Positions 18,936-29,568 of a DNA stretch of 64,000 nucleotides are shown here, one piece after another. Position numbers and translations under genes: made by a program. The DNA is taken from contig LBVN01000001.1 in NCBI GenBank assembly GCA_000993115.1, forward strand, positions 19,924-83,923, in the 5' to 3' direction. Each line of letters opens with the position of its first letter. Positions within the stretch are counted from its first letter, which is position 1. Source of the DNA: Candidatus Woesebacteria bacterium GW2011_GWB1_38_8b. GTDB taxonomy: Bacteria > Patescibacteriota > Microgenomatia > UBA8517. Under the pieces are notes generated by a model that saw only the letters and a list, made by a program, of their open reading frames with translations, ran no database searches and was not told the origin of the DNA.

Positions 18936-21926
18936 TTAGATTATATAATTATTAACCCAGATTACATAGTCAGCTCCATCTACTCTTCCAGAGTTGTCAA
19001 AATCGCCATCACGAAAGCCTGTTGAAGTGTTTTGATTAAAATGGTTTAGCCAAATTATATAATCCGCTCCATCAACTCTTCCATCTCCGTTTGCGTCTCC
19101 TAGAATAACTACCGGAGTTGGTGTTTGGGTTACGGTAGGTGTGGACCCGCTGTTTGATGGCGCCTCAATCGCAGCTACCAAGTTTTGTATATAGTACATA
19201 TCACCACGCTCCCATGCAGGAACATCTAGGTACTTAATTAATTCTTCCCTTGATTCATTTCTGATCCAGGCTTTGGCTAAAAATAAGGCGTGATAATTAT
19301 GAAAGTGCTCTGTGCTTGATTCACCCATATCATTTTCAAAACGATTAACAAACCAATATTGGTTGAGGTATAAGTATTCGTCGAGGGCCTGATTAACCTT
19401 GGTGGAAATATTATTGGCCAGATAATCAGCCAATTCCGGGGTAAGCCAAAGGAAATTGGCCGAAGTGTCCATCTTGTGTTGGACTCTCATATCGGGGTAA
19501 GCATATGATTCTTTAGTAAAGGCCGATGCCCGCCAAGACAATAAGCGGTTGAGTTCTGTTTGAACACTGTTTCTGAATGTAGCGTCAGCGGGTGGTGATC
19601 CTGCCATTGTATATAGTCCCAAATAACCATAATATCCTGCTATCCAGGAATTAATGTTATAAGGCGTCGTCGTCATCACGTTGGTATCTGTTGTTGCCGG
19701 AACTTGTGTCTTACTCCGAGCCACTTGGTATAACTCCGAAATCGGGGGACGTGAACTTTCGGGAACATTTTGGGCATATTTCCAGATGCCATAAATACTA
19801 TGTTGTGGATATTGCCAACTATGACCCGAGGCGGTTTGGCTTTTCCCAAAATTGGCATAATCGGCCGTAATTTCGGGGGGTAGGGAAATAGGTTGACGGT
19901 CAGCACCTTCGGCAAAGCCGCGAGTTGCGTATGCAGTAGGGTAAAAGTACATCGACCATTCTTCTCGAATATAATTTGCCAGGCTGGTTTTGGAGCCGGA
20001 GGAGAGATAAGGGTAGGCCTGAGCAAGGGCCAATAAAGTATCACCAGGGAAAGTAAAGTAATTAAAAATCTGACCCCATTGGGCTAATAATTGATTTTGG
20101 ACATGGTAACCTGCTTTTAAATGACCAGCATTTATCATTTTCATAATTTCATTTTCCAAAAGAGCAGTAAGATTCGGTTGTACAACCGCCGACTGAGTAT
20201 TTTGTATCGGTAAATATGTTTCCTTCCCTTGAGCAGTTCCCGGACCAAGGGCGATAATCGCATTTGAACGATGTATAAAAAGTCGTCCATTATGCGGAAT
20301 AAGAGGATTTTGAACACCATGACTATTCATAGATGCATTTGTTGTTTTGACTCCATCATCCGCTGTTCCATACCAATCTTTAGCACCAACATAACTACTT
20401 TGGTGTCGGTCTATTGCTCCACTCATTACCCACCACATTTCATCATATCCAGGTGCTTTACCGCTGCCCGAGAGGGTATACCACCAATATCTGATACCCT
20501 GTTGGCCTGATGTTATAGGAAATGAAATAGCCGGACGGTCACAACATAAGCTCGTGTATACCCGATTCCCCGCCATTGAAATTGACAAAGGTTCATCTAT
20601 GGCATATGAATTACCGTCACTAAAACTTAGTTGTGAGGGAAAATCCAAATTCCAACCCATAACTTGTCCGCGAGAAAATCTGGCCGTAAAATACGCTAAA
20701 TTATTAGGTCCGATTGCTGGTGGAAACATTGGCCCTGATTCGGCTCTCCAGTACAAAAGTGGAATATATTCCCGCAAGCCGTCTCCATCAGAATCAAAAG
20801 TAAACTCCATACCATCATTCTGATTGATCACATAATATTCCCGTCTCCAAGGCTTGTGACCATATCTATTTCGACCAACGGGGTCATTTTGAATCTCCTC
20901 AGGTGTTGGCTGTTCTAAATATTCCCTTGCATACTGGGTATCAGTTACGCTGTATCCACCAGACCAGGATGTCGGAGGTAAAATTTCACCGACCGAGTCA
21001 ACTCCTGATGTATTGTTACCAGGATTTATTGCGTTTATTGCAGCTCTTTCTGCCCCGTTGAAGTCGGTGTAACTTGTGCCATCAGGAGCAATTATTGAAC
21101 TAGCTCCTGGACGGGAACCGTCCTTAATGTCTGAAGATTTAGAAACAATAATTTTGTCCCGATATATAACTGGCCAATAGGCCATGAAAGGATCACCTTG
21201 CCACTGGCCAGAAATCCAACGTGCTTGACCTTGAGTATTACTAGTATTCACATTTAAGGCATAGAGACGGTTGTTCATTGCAGTTGTATAAACCACTCCA
21301 TCTTTATAGGCTGCTGACATAATGATTGAACTGTTATTTGGTATTGTATATTTCCAAATAACTCTTCCCTGTTGGGGGTGACCATGAGCACCAATCGCAT
21401 AGAAATTTCCGTCTCTGTTACCTACCAAAATCACGGGTTGATTATTTGTATAACTGTCTTTAATCACAATTGGATTAACACTATATCCCGCCTGTGCATC
21501 ATTAAAAGACCAAAGCATTTGGCCTGTAGCAGCATCCAAACAATAAAGTTTTTTGTCATGATTACCTACATAAACCTTTCCTTCAAATATAGTAGGAGAG
21601 TGTCCCATTGGAAGCCCCGTATCAAAATGCCAAACAGTACTGCCATTGGCGGCATTTAAAGCATATAAACCCTTCCCTGTAGAAACGTAGATAATATTAT
21701 TATATGTGACCAACTGGACATGTTGAGGAATATAGGCTTCTATAGGCCTATACCATTCTACAATCAAATTACCATCGACTTGTGTATTTACCCAACTGGT
21801 ACGTGACGGGTTTGCCCCCGCCATATACCAATCGGATGATGTTTGAGCCAAAGATTCGGCGGTTACTGTCAGCAATAAACAAAAAGAAACCAAAACTGAC
21901 AGATACCATTTCTTAAACATAACCAT
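18936..21926 (-). CDS. Secreted PQQ/BamB-like beta-propeller + helical-domain protein with dockerin (paralog 2)
   Basis: Same architecture and shared motifs (HKPWR, SLCCDR, RFENDMGES); dockerin. Confidence 0.75.
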   Translation of the reverse strand: MVMFKKWYLSVLVSFCLLLTVTAESLAQTSSDWYMAGANPSRTSWVNTQVDGNLIVEWYRPIEAYIPQHVQLVTYNNIIYVSTGKGLYALNAANGSTVWHFDTGLPMGHSPTIFEGKVYVGNHDKKLYCLDAATGQMLWSFNDAQAGYSVNPIVIKDSYTNNQPVILVGNRDGNFYAIGAHGHPQQGRVIWKYTIPNNSSIIMSAAYKDGVVYTTAMNNRLYALNVNTSNTQGQARWISGQWQGDPFMAYWPVIYRDKIIVSKSSDIKDGSRPGASSIIAPDGTSYTDFNGAERAAINAINPGNNTSGVDSVGEILPPTSWSGGYSVTDTQYAREYLEQPTPEEIQNDPVGRNRYGHKPWRREYYVINQNDGMEFTFDSDGDGLREYIPLLYWRAESGPMFPPAIGPNNLAYFTARFSRGQVMGWNLDFPSQLSFSDGNSYAIDEPLSISMAGNRVYTSLCCDRPAISFPITSGQQGIRYWWYTLSGSGKAPGYDEMWWVMSGAIDRHQSSYVGAKDWYGTADDGVKTTNASMNSHGVQNPLIPHNGRLFIHRSNAIIALGPGTAQGKETYLPIQNTQSAVVQPNLTALLENEIMKMINAGHLKAGYHVQNQLLAQWGQIFNYFTFPGDTLLALAQAYPYLSSGSKTSLANYIREEWSMYFYPTAYATRGFAEGADRQPISLPPEITADYANFGKSQTASGHSWQYPQHSIYGIWKYAQNVPESSRPPISELYQVARSKTQVPATTDTNVMTTTPYNINSWIAGYYGYLGLYTMAGSPPADATFRNSVQTELNRLLSWRASAFTKESYAYPDMRVQHKMDTSANFLWLTPELADYLANNISTKVNQALDEYLYLNQYWFVNRFENDMGESSTEHFHNYHALFLAKAWIRNESREELIKYLDVPAWERGDMYYIQNLVAAIEAPSNSGSTPTVTQTPTPVVILGDANGDGRVDGADYIIWLNHFNQNTSTGFRDGDFDNSGRVDGADYVIWVNNYII

Positions 21927-21964
21927 TTATATCAAAATATGTGAGCTAAAGAAAGTAAAGATTA

Positions 21965-24900
21965 CTATGAAGTGTAGTTTGTAATCCAAATTACATAATC
22001 AGCGCCATTTGTTACTCTATCGTTGTTAAAATCACCATCACGCGCTCCATTTCCCGTGTTTTGGTTAAAGTGAGAAAGCCAAATTACGTAGTCCACTCCA
22101 TCAACGCGGCCGTCACTATTTGCGTCACCGGGTATAGGTATTGGAGTCGCTGTAGGTCCACCTGATGATGGAGCCTCAATTGCCGTAACAAGATTCTGAA
22201 TGTAAAACAAGTCTCCCCGCTCAAATGCGGGTACGTCTAGGTATTTTACTAACTCCTCACGGCGTTCTTTTAATAACCAGGCTTTTGCTTGAAAAAGCGG
22301 TCCATAGTTCCAGAGGGTTGAGTGAGAAGATTCTCCCATGTCGTTTTCAAAACGCGAAACGAACCAATACTGGTTTAAATACTGAATTTCAGTCATAGCT
22401 TGATTTATCTTGTCGGGGATTTGTTGGACTAAATAATCTGCAAGTTCTTGAGTCATCCATATATAGTTTCGGGGTGTATCCAATTTATGTTGAACTGAAC
22501 GATCATAGGCATATGAAGAGTCTTTTGAAAAGACTTGTGTGCGCATTGGCAGGATTCGGTCAAGATTTGTTCGTGCTGTTGTACAAGAAGTTTGCTCAGT
22601 TGATGGTAAGTCAGTACAAGCCGAATTAGAACCAAGATTGTAAGTTAATCTTTGAAGATTAAGATAACCAATATACCCTCCAATCCATCCATTATGTTCG
22701 TACGGAAACTGAGTAAAATACTCTTCCAGAGTTGCGTAATATTGAACAGGCGGGTTAGGAACCGCTCGTACTTTAGATTTCGCTATCTGGTAAAGCCGTT
22801 GGTTTGAAAGACGCTGGGACTCGGGAACATTTTGAGCGTATTTCCAGAGAGCATAAAGGTTTATTTGAGGATACTGCCACAAGGCCGCATTGGTATTTAA
22901 AACTTTAGGAAAATTTGTAAAATCCCTCTCAACTTCAGGGGCTTGTGGAACCGGATGACGGGATACACCTTCAGTCCACCCACGAGTGGAGTAAGCTGCA
23001 GAATCCCAGTAGGCTGTAACTTCTTGGGAGAGATATTGAGCAAGTTGGCTTTTAAGATTATCAGAAATATGCGGATAAGCCAGTGATAAAGCCAATAAAG
23101 TATCCCCTGGATTTTCAAAATATGTTGTAAGGTTTCCAAAAAGTGACAACGCAAACTGTCCCTGAACATGATATCCAGGTTTTAGTAATCCTGCTGATAT
23201 CATTTTCTGCACCTCTTGATCTAATTTTGATGTCAAATTCGGAACCTTAACGCTTGAGGTAGCAGTGGTAACTGGTAGATATGGAATTTTACCTAAAGGG
23301 GTACTAGTCCCAAGGGCAACAATTGCATTTGATCGATGAATAAAAAGCTTCCCGCGATGGGGAACAAGCGAATTTTGTGAACCGTGACTATTATATGTAG
23401 CGTTCATGGTTTTAATTCCATCTGAAGAAGTTCCGTACCAATCAAGTGCTCCAACATAAGTAGATTGATGACGATCGATTGCAACAGGCATAACATACCA
23501 CATTTCATCATATCCGGGAGCTTTGCCGCTTCCGCCTAATGTATATCGCCAAAAAGAAAATGGGCTAAACAAACTACCTAAACTGCGGTCTGTAGGAATA
23601 GAAAAAATTAGACGATCGCAACAAAGGCTGGTAAATAGTAGTCTCCCGCCCATGCTAATAGCATTGGGTTCATCACGCGCATAATTCTCGTTATCAGCAT
23701 ATGCCAACATATTTGGAAAACTTGGATTCCAAGCACTTACATAACCCCTAACGCTACCATTGGGGGGAGTACCAAAATAATTTGCCCCGGGTATATAAAG
23801 AAGTCCATTTCCACCAACGGCGGGTGGGTACATAGGACCAGACTCGGCTCTCCACAAAAGAACTGGTAAATATTCAGCTAATCCATCATTATCAGAATCC
23901 CATGTATATTCACTACCATCAGATTGATTAATAACAAAATATTGACGGCGCCAAGGTTTGTGACCATAACGATTCATCCCCGCCGGATCTGAAATACGCT
24001 CCGCTTCGGTTGGCTCCTCCAGATATTCTCGAGCATAGATCATATCAACAACACTATATCCCCCAGACCAGGATTGAGGACCTAGATTTGTTCCAAGGGT
24101 TCCATCCGGACTTAAACCCGCAACATCACGTCTCTCGGCATGGCCGGTTTGCTGACCTCCTGTAGCATTCAAAGACGCCGAACCTGGACGATTACCATCG
24201 CGGTATGACTCAGATTTCCCAAAAACAACTTTATCCCTGAATACCACAGGCCAATAAGAAGCATAAGGTTCTCCCAGCTGTGGCAAAGTGACCCAAACAT
24301 CACGATCACTCGCTGACGGGCTCACTCTTAACGCATAAAACCGATTTAGTAAATCGGAAAAATAAATTATACCGTTGGCATATGCAGCCGAAGTCGTTAA
24401 TGGACTACCCGCACTATATCTCCAAACCACCTGACCCGCTTGGGGATGTCCTTGTCCTCCAATAGCATAAAAATAGCCATCACGATTACCTACTAATACT
24501 AAAGTCTGGTTATTTGTATTTTGGTCACGAATAACAATAGGGTTTGCACTAAAACCTCCGTCAGCCTCATGGGACCACAATTTGACGCCACTGTTTGCAT
24601 TGAGTGCGTAAAGCTGATGATCAAAACCACCAACATAAACTATCCCATCAAATACTGTTGGTGAATTACCTAATGGTAACTGAGTATTAAAAGTCCATAC
24701 AGTTTGTCCGTTATTGGCATTTAGTGCGTATAGCCCTCGTCCCGTTGAGACATAAACAATATCATTAACCGTCACCAATTGAACATGTTGAGGAATATAA
24801 GCCTCGATCGGACGGTACCATAATACATAATTGCCATCAAAGTGGTTGGGGAAAGTGGGTTCTTCGCTAACCCAACTGGTTCTTGCCGGGTTTGCTCCAG

Positions 24901-25012
24901 CCATATACCAATCTGAGGATGTTTGGGCATACGAAGTATCAATTCCAAAAGCGGATAAAAAAGATAACAAACCAACTATGACAGAAAGCGCTATTTTCAC
25001 CCTCATGTACAT
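21965..25012 (-). CDS. Secreted PQQ/BamB-like beta-propeller + helical-domain protein with dockerin (paralog 3)
   Basis: Same architecture and motifs; dockerin. Confidence 0.75.
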   Translation of the reverse strand: MYMRVKIALSVIVGLLSFLSAFGIDTSYAQTSSDWYMAGANPARTSWVSEEPTFPNHFDGNYVLWYRPIEAYIPQHVQLVTVNDIVYVSTGRGLYALNANNGQTVWTFNTQLPLGNSPTVFDGIVYVGGFDHQLYALNANSGVKLWSHEADGGFSANPIVIRDQNTNNQTLVLVGNRDGYFYAIGGQGHPQAGQVVWRYSAGSPLTTSAAYANGIIYFSDLLNRFYALRVSPSASDRDVWVTLPQLGEPYASYWPVVFRDKVVFGKSESYRDGNRPGSASLNATGGQQTGHAERRDVAGLSPDGTLGTNLGPQSWSGGYSVVDMIYAREYLEEPTEAERISDPAGMNRYGHKPWRRQYFVINQSDGSEYTWDSDNDGLAEYLPVLLWRAESGPMYPPAVGGNGLLYIPGANYFGTPPNGSVRGYVSAWNPSFPNMLAYADNENYARDEPNAISMGGRLLFTSLCCDRLIFSIPTDRSLGSLFSPFSFWRYTLGGSGKAPGYDEMWYVMPVAIDRHQSTYVGALDWYGTSSDGIKTMNATYNSHGSQNSLVPHRGKLFIHRSNAIVALGTSTPLGKIPYLPVTTATSSVKVPNLTSKLDQEVQKMISAGLLKPGYHVQGQFALSLFGNLTTYFENPGDTLLALSLAYPHISDNLKSQLAQYLSQEVTAYWDSAAYSTRGWTEGVSRHPVPQAPEVERDFTNFPKVLNTNAALWQYPQINLYALWKYAQNVPESQRLSNQRLYQIAKSKVRAVPNPPVQYYATLEEYFTQFPYEHNGWIGGYIGYLNLQRLTYNLGSNSACTDLPSTEQTSCTTARTNLDRILPMRTQVFSKDSSYAYDRSVQHKLDTPRNYIWMTQELADYLVQQIPDKINQAMTEIQYLNQYWFVSRFENDMGESSHSTLWNYGPLFQAKAWLLKERREELVKYLDVPAFERGDLFYIQNLVTAIEAPSSGGPTATPIPIPGDANSDGRVDGVDYVIWLSHFNQNTGNGARDGDFNNDRVTNGADYVIWITNYTS

Positions 25013-25062
25013 AATCTCACTTTACAATAATATGAAGCTGAATGAAATACCAAAAACTGCAC

Positions 25063-27666
25063 TCATATATAATTGGTTAACCAAATAACATAGTCTGCAC
25101 CGTCAACTCTCCCATTATTATTAAAATCACCATTACTTGCCCCCCCAACGTTTTGGTTGTAGTGGTTTAACCAAATAACATAGTCTGCACCGTCAACCTT
25201 TCCATCCCCGTTTGCGTCTCCGGGAAACACCGTCTGTGTGGGTGTGATTGTTTGAGTGGTAGTTGGGGTCGTAATGGAAATTGTGTGATTACCTTCTGCC
25301 ACCCTTATTCTTACAAAACCATTACCAGACGTAAGAACTGTTGGACTCAAATTATCTATCAATAATCCCATAATTCCCGGATAGTATATAGTAATATCAT
25401 TCTCACTCCCCGAATAAAATTTCCCATTAGTGCCTTTTAAGTGGATGCTTAAATCCTGAGTGGATTCAAAACCTATTCTTTCTGAGCCGTAAGAAAACGA
25501 CCTTCCTTTCCTGACGAAATAAAAATTAAGCGACTGGTTATTTTTTCTGAAAATTGCTGCGGGTCCTTGAAAACTTGCTCCCTGATAAGTTATGAGGTTG
25601 TTTCCTTTTGATTCCAGAAGGAAATCATTGACTCCGCCTCCATGGATCAACTCTGCTCCACTATAATTATTACCCTGAAGTCTGTTCATTTGGGGTTTAA
25701 GATGGTTTGCATCTGTTGGAAAAAGGACAGTCACAATATTTTTCTTATTGTCCGAATCCAACTGATATGTTGAAAAGAGATATTTACCAATTATTGATTT
25801 TCTCTCGTCGTAATTATCCCAATGACATAAAACTCCATTTAAAATATCCACCTGTTGCGGTTGCGTTCCAAGAAATAACGAAATTCCTGCCATAGAATTA
25901 TTAAACACGTTTGTTCCAAGCGGTGCCAAATATTCAGCTTTATCAGTTACAACAGAAGTGGTTTCTGAATTCGGGTGCAATACAATATTGGTAACTCCCG
26001 ACGAGGTTGCAGTTACTTCATCAAATAATGCAAAATAACCGTTTTTTGAGTCCTGTGGATGAATAAAGACAAAATTTCTGATATGAGTACCATTTGGTAA
26101 TGCGGATCCAGAATTTCCTGAAGCATAATCAAAAAGACCACCAGTAATTCCCTCAATAATCCCCAAACCGGATTTTCCCTGATGATCATTTACGTTACTA
26201 GGGTCGAGAGGGTTTCCTATTTGATAATTTATTAACGCAGTATTATTTGATACGGCTCTATGGCTTAGGTAATTAGGAGTATAACGCTGATTTTGTGGTA
26301 GGTAGTCCGGACAACTATCCGCTCCGGCGTTTGTGCTCGCACCACCAAATCCCCCATTCACCAACAATGGCTCTCCATAACCAGCAATATAAACTGAATT
26401 AATATCGTCATGCATATGAAACTCGGGGCTGTTCGGATTTGGGATGTTAACATTCCAAAGCACTCCATACAAACTACCATCAACAGAGTTAGATTCAAGA
26501 AAAAAGGATCCTCCGTTAGGGAAAATCCTGCTTTCCGGTTTTTGGGCAACAGAATTATCTCTTAACAAAACATAATTAATTAATCTACCCTTAAAACCCA
26601 AGTCTAAATCAGGTCGTAATCTACTAGCCGTTTGCCATTTCCAGTATGCATATTGTCCTGCGAGATTCGAATATTGATTAGCCCCCGCGATATGCGCACT
26701 CTCTATTAGCCTTGATCCATTGCCAAAAGACCATAGCGGATAATAGTCCGAAGTATCACCAAAAGATGCTTCAACAGCGAATGGTGTACTGGCATATCCA
26801 TACAACCACTCATGCAGATTTTTAAATCTTGAATTGTTATAATATCTGTTATCGACACCCGTAAATTCCAATACATCTGGAAGCATTGTTCTCTCGTCTC
26901 GATTGTGTCCCCAGGCTACATATCCATACCCAGGACCTTCGTAGTAGACTCCATCCGGACTAATACGTGCGACCAACTCTGGCATAAATCCTGTAATCGG
27001 GCGACTATCTCCCGGACGTCTGCCTCCATTTAATAAAACCCGGATATATGGATCGTCTCCCTTTTTACCAAGATATAAGCTCCAAATAATTTGCGTACTT
27101 TCCCAAAGCGGGGGTTTATCTGAAAACGCGTTATAGTAATGATTGTATTCTTGGGTTAGCCAGTACTCACTGTCCAACAAATCCTGACTGTTAAGAGAAT
27201 CATGTATTACATCCAAAGCTAAAATACTATGAAAGAACGCAGTGGCAGGATAAACATATGCGTCTTGAGAATAGACAATATTTCCATCTGGAGGGTGTTG
27301 GAAATTTAATATATCACTCCATTTTGGATAACTTTCCACCAGTTTTTGTTTATAAACTTCTTGATTATTTTGATCCAAAATAAAAGCCAAACTACAAGAA
27401 CTCATAATATCTCGCATGGTAAAGCTTTTTTTACTTCCAATAGGAGGATTGGAAAGATCGTAAACAGTATTTTGACAAGTAGCTACGGCGTCATCCTTCA
27501 TCTCTCTCCAAGGGGACTGTAAAGTTCGGTTTCTCAAAGATGCAAAATCACTCGCTTTAACAATTAAAAATGGGTGCTGAGTCTGTGCAAAAGCTTTCTG
27601 AGGGATTTTAACCAAAAAAATTGACGTTAAAATAATTGACAATAATAACTTACATGTCATCTTCAC
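25063..27666 (-). CDS. Secreted heparinase II/III-like polysaccharide lyase with dockerin
   Basis: HPFL N-terminus, EGPGYG, FGD, FHMHDDINSVYIAGYGEPLLVNGG, SNNT; dockerin. Confidence 0.75.
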   Translation of the reverse strand: MKMTCKLLLSIILTSIFLVKIPQKAFAQTQHPFLIVKASDFASLRNRTLQSPWREMKDDAVATCQNTVYDLSNPPIGSKKSFTMRDIMSSCSLAFILDQNNQEVYKQKLVESYPKWSDILNFQHPPDGNIVYSQDAYVYPATAFFHSILALDVIHDSLNSQDLLDSEYWLTQEYNHYYNAFSDKPPLWESTQIIWSLYLGKKGDDPYIRVLLNGGRRPGDSRPITGFMPELVARISPDGVYYEGPGYGYVAWGHNRDERTMLPDVLEFTGVDNRYYNNSRFKNLHEWLYGYASTPFAVEASFGDTSDYYPLWSFGNGSRLIESAHIAGANQYSNLAGQYAYWKWQTASRLRPDLDLGFKGRLINYVLLRDNSVAQKPESRIFPNGGSFFLESNSVDGSLYGVLWNVNIPNPNSPEFHMHDDINSVYIAGYGEPLLVNGGFGGASTNAGADSCPDYLPQNQRYTPNYLSHRAVSNNTALINYQIGNPLDPSNVNDHQGKSGLGIIEGITGGLFDYASGNSGSALPNGTHIRNFVFIHPQDSKNGYFALFDEVTATSSGVTNIVLHPNSETTSVVTDKAEYLAPLGTNVFNNSMAGISLFLGTQPQQVDILNGVLCHWDNYDERKSIIGKYLFSTYQLDSDNKKNIVTVLFPTDANHLKPQMNRLQGNNYSGAELIHGGGVNDFLLESKGNNLITYQGASFQGPAAIFRKNNQSLNFYFVRKGRSFSYGSERIGFESTQDLSIHLKGTNGKFYSGSENDITIYYPGIMGLLIDNLSPTVLTSGNGFVRIRVAEGNHTISITTPTTTQTITPTQTVFPGDANGDGKVDGADYVIWLNHYNQNVGGASNGDFNNNGRVDGADYVIWLTNYI

Positions 27667-27747
27667 ATTACTATTTTACAATGTTATATGAAAAATAAAT
27701 AACTCTGTTTCCAACTAAGAGGTCAAAGGATTCACTGAATTCTTTAC

Positions 27748-29568
27748 TTAAACTGTCTGGAAGTTGTTAAGCCAGATTATATAATCCGCTCCATCAACCA
27801 CTCCAGAATTATTAAAGTCACCATTTGCAGGACCAGTGACATTTTGGTTGTAGTGCGTAAGCCAAATTACATAATCAGCTCCATCTACTTCTCCATCACC
27901 ATTTGCATCCCCAGGGATAGGAAGTGGGGTAGGTGTTATCGTGGTAGGAGACTGATCCTGATAAGCACCAATTCCAAATTCCATTGGTGAAGTACCAGCT
28001 TCGTGAGCACCCATGTCAGGTGCTAAACCAGTGTATCCACCGTTGAAGTTTGGTAAAACTATCGCCTTATCATAACCGCCACTAGTCGGACTTAAATAAA
28101 ATGATCCCAAACCGTTTGCCCGATCAAAATTCTGTGTCGCAAAATCGGGATCTGTGAATTTTAAACTATGCAATGGAACATAATCGACGTTATTAAGAAT
28201 AATTTTGCCATTATAAAAATCGTAATCAATATCATAGTTTTGTATACCTCCACTATCCCGGATACTATTCCAATAAATACTTCTGATTTGAAAAATGTTG
28301 TTACGAGTAACTACATTGGACATATCGCCACCAGAGTCAAGAATACCACCAGTCACACCGTTCGGTTGCAAAGTGGTATTATGAAAAATATAAACTCTAC
28401 CACCACCTTCACCACCCTTAGTAAAATTGTCTCCTCCAGTTTGTCCAGAACCTTTATCTGCGCTCCCGCTGACATTGCGGAAGATATAGAGTGGGCCAAT
28501 ATAGTTACCTGCATGAGAAATTTTGACGTAGGTCTTTTCAATATAATTTTCCCAAATTCTCACATTTCGCCCTTGTCCATCGGCCTCAATTGCGTCATCC
28601 CAACAATTTGCCAGATAGTTACCATAAATATCGGTATCAGGGCCGGGAAAACCAGTGCACTGCGACAAATTCCCACATTGTGTCTGAAAGTTTGCCCCCG
28701 CCCCTAAAATGTCATTATAATAGTTGCCATTATCCGAATATATTTCGTTATATCGAATAATATGATTACCTCCACTATTGAAAAGCACAATTCCCTGTGG
28801 TCCAGATGGATGCCCTGTCGACCAATCGTTTGAACTAAATCTTGGGTTAAATATTTTATTTCGCTGGATGATAATTCGTTTTAAATTAGGATTAGTCTGA
28901 CTATAATTACCTCCACCGAAAATCGCACCCTGAAAATTTGCCCCTGTCCCCCAATTTGAAAGTTCGTTGTTCTCAATTACCACGTCATGAACATCGGGAT
29001 TTAAATATACAACACCATAAATCCCTCCGACCAGTTTAAGACCTCTGATAATTACATAAGATGCATTAACATTAACTACATAATTTTGACTGTTCTGAAC
29101 ATCTATTGTAATAGATTTTCCAGGCTCGGGAGTATAAATAGAGTAACCATTCGAAGTACCCGAGTCGCTGACTGTTAAAGTATTTGAAGAACTAGCATCC
29201 AAATAATGTATTTTGTTTGGGTCAACTGGATAATTATCATTCCAAGTTGTAACTATCAGATTGGTTGAATCATTATCTGAGGCTAAATGAATTTCGTATG
29301 TCGTGTTTGGTATTAAATTAACCAAGCTACCTCGACATTCACCGTTTCGCGAGTCAAACCACAATGGATATCCTTCTTTCCAAGTTGAAGATCCCAGCAT
29401 ACGGTAATTGACCTCACAATCCCCAGTGCTACCTGAGGACCAATAAAGACTAATTGAATTAAAGGTAACTACAGAGTTTGCTGCTGCATATACTTCTGCG
29501 GGTCTTATTAGCTGAAAAACAGAACAAATGAAAACTAAAAATAAAAAATATTTTACGATTTTAACCAT
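27748..29568 (-). CDS. Secreted right-handed beta-helix (pectate-lyase-like) protein with dockerin
   Basis: Asn-ladder repeats (IIIQRNKI, IIRYNEI, DIYGNY), DDAIEADG, PDMGAHE; dockerin. Confidence 0.75.
   Translation of the reverse strand: MVKIVKYFLFLVFICSVFQLIRPAEVYAAANSVVTFNSISLYWSSGSTGDCEVNYRMLGSSTWKEGYPLWFDSRNGECRGSLVNLIPNTTYEIHLASDNDSTNLIVTTWNDNYPVDPNKIHYLDASSSNTLTVSDSGTSNGYSIYTPEPGKSITIDVQNSQNYVVNVNASYVIIRGLKLVGGIYGVVYLNPDVHDVVIENNELSNWGTGANFQGAIFGGGNYSQTNPNLKRIIIQRNKIFNPRFSSNDWSTGHPSGPQGIVLFNSGGNHIIRYNEIYSDNGNYYNDILGAGANFQTQCGNLSQCTGFPGPDTDIYGNYLANCWDDAIEADGQGRNVRIWENYIEKTYVKISHAGNYIGPLYIFRNVSGSADKGSGQTGGDNFTKGGEGGGRVYIFHNTTLQPNGVTGGILDSGGDMSNVVTRNNIFQIRSIYWNSIRDSGGIQNYDIDYDFYNGKIILNNVDYVPLHSLKFTDPDFATQNFDRANGLGSFYLSPTSGGYDKAIVLPNFNGGYTGLAPDMGAHEAGTSPMEFGIGAYQDQSPTTITPTPLPIPGDANGDGEVDGADYVIWLTHYNQNVTGPANGDFNNSGVVDGADYIIWLNNFQTV

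Noticed and set aside
15931-25012. BamB or a true PQQ dehydrogenase annotation
   Set aside because: No lipobox, and only generic propeller blades match. The long C-terminal domain and dockerin fit neither.
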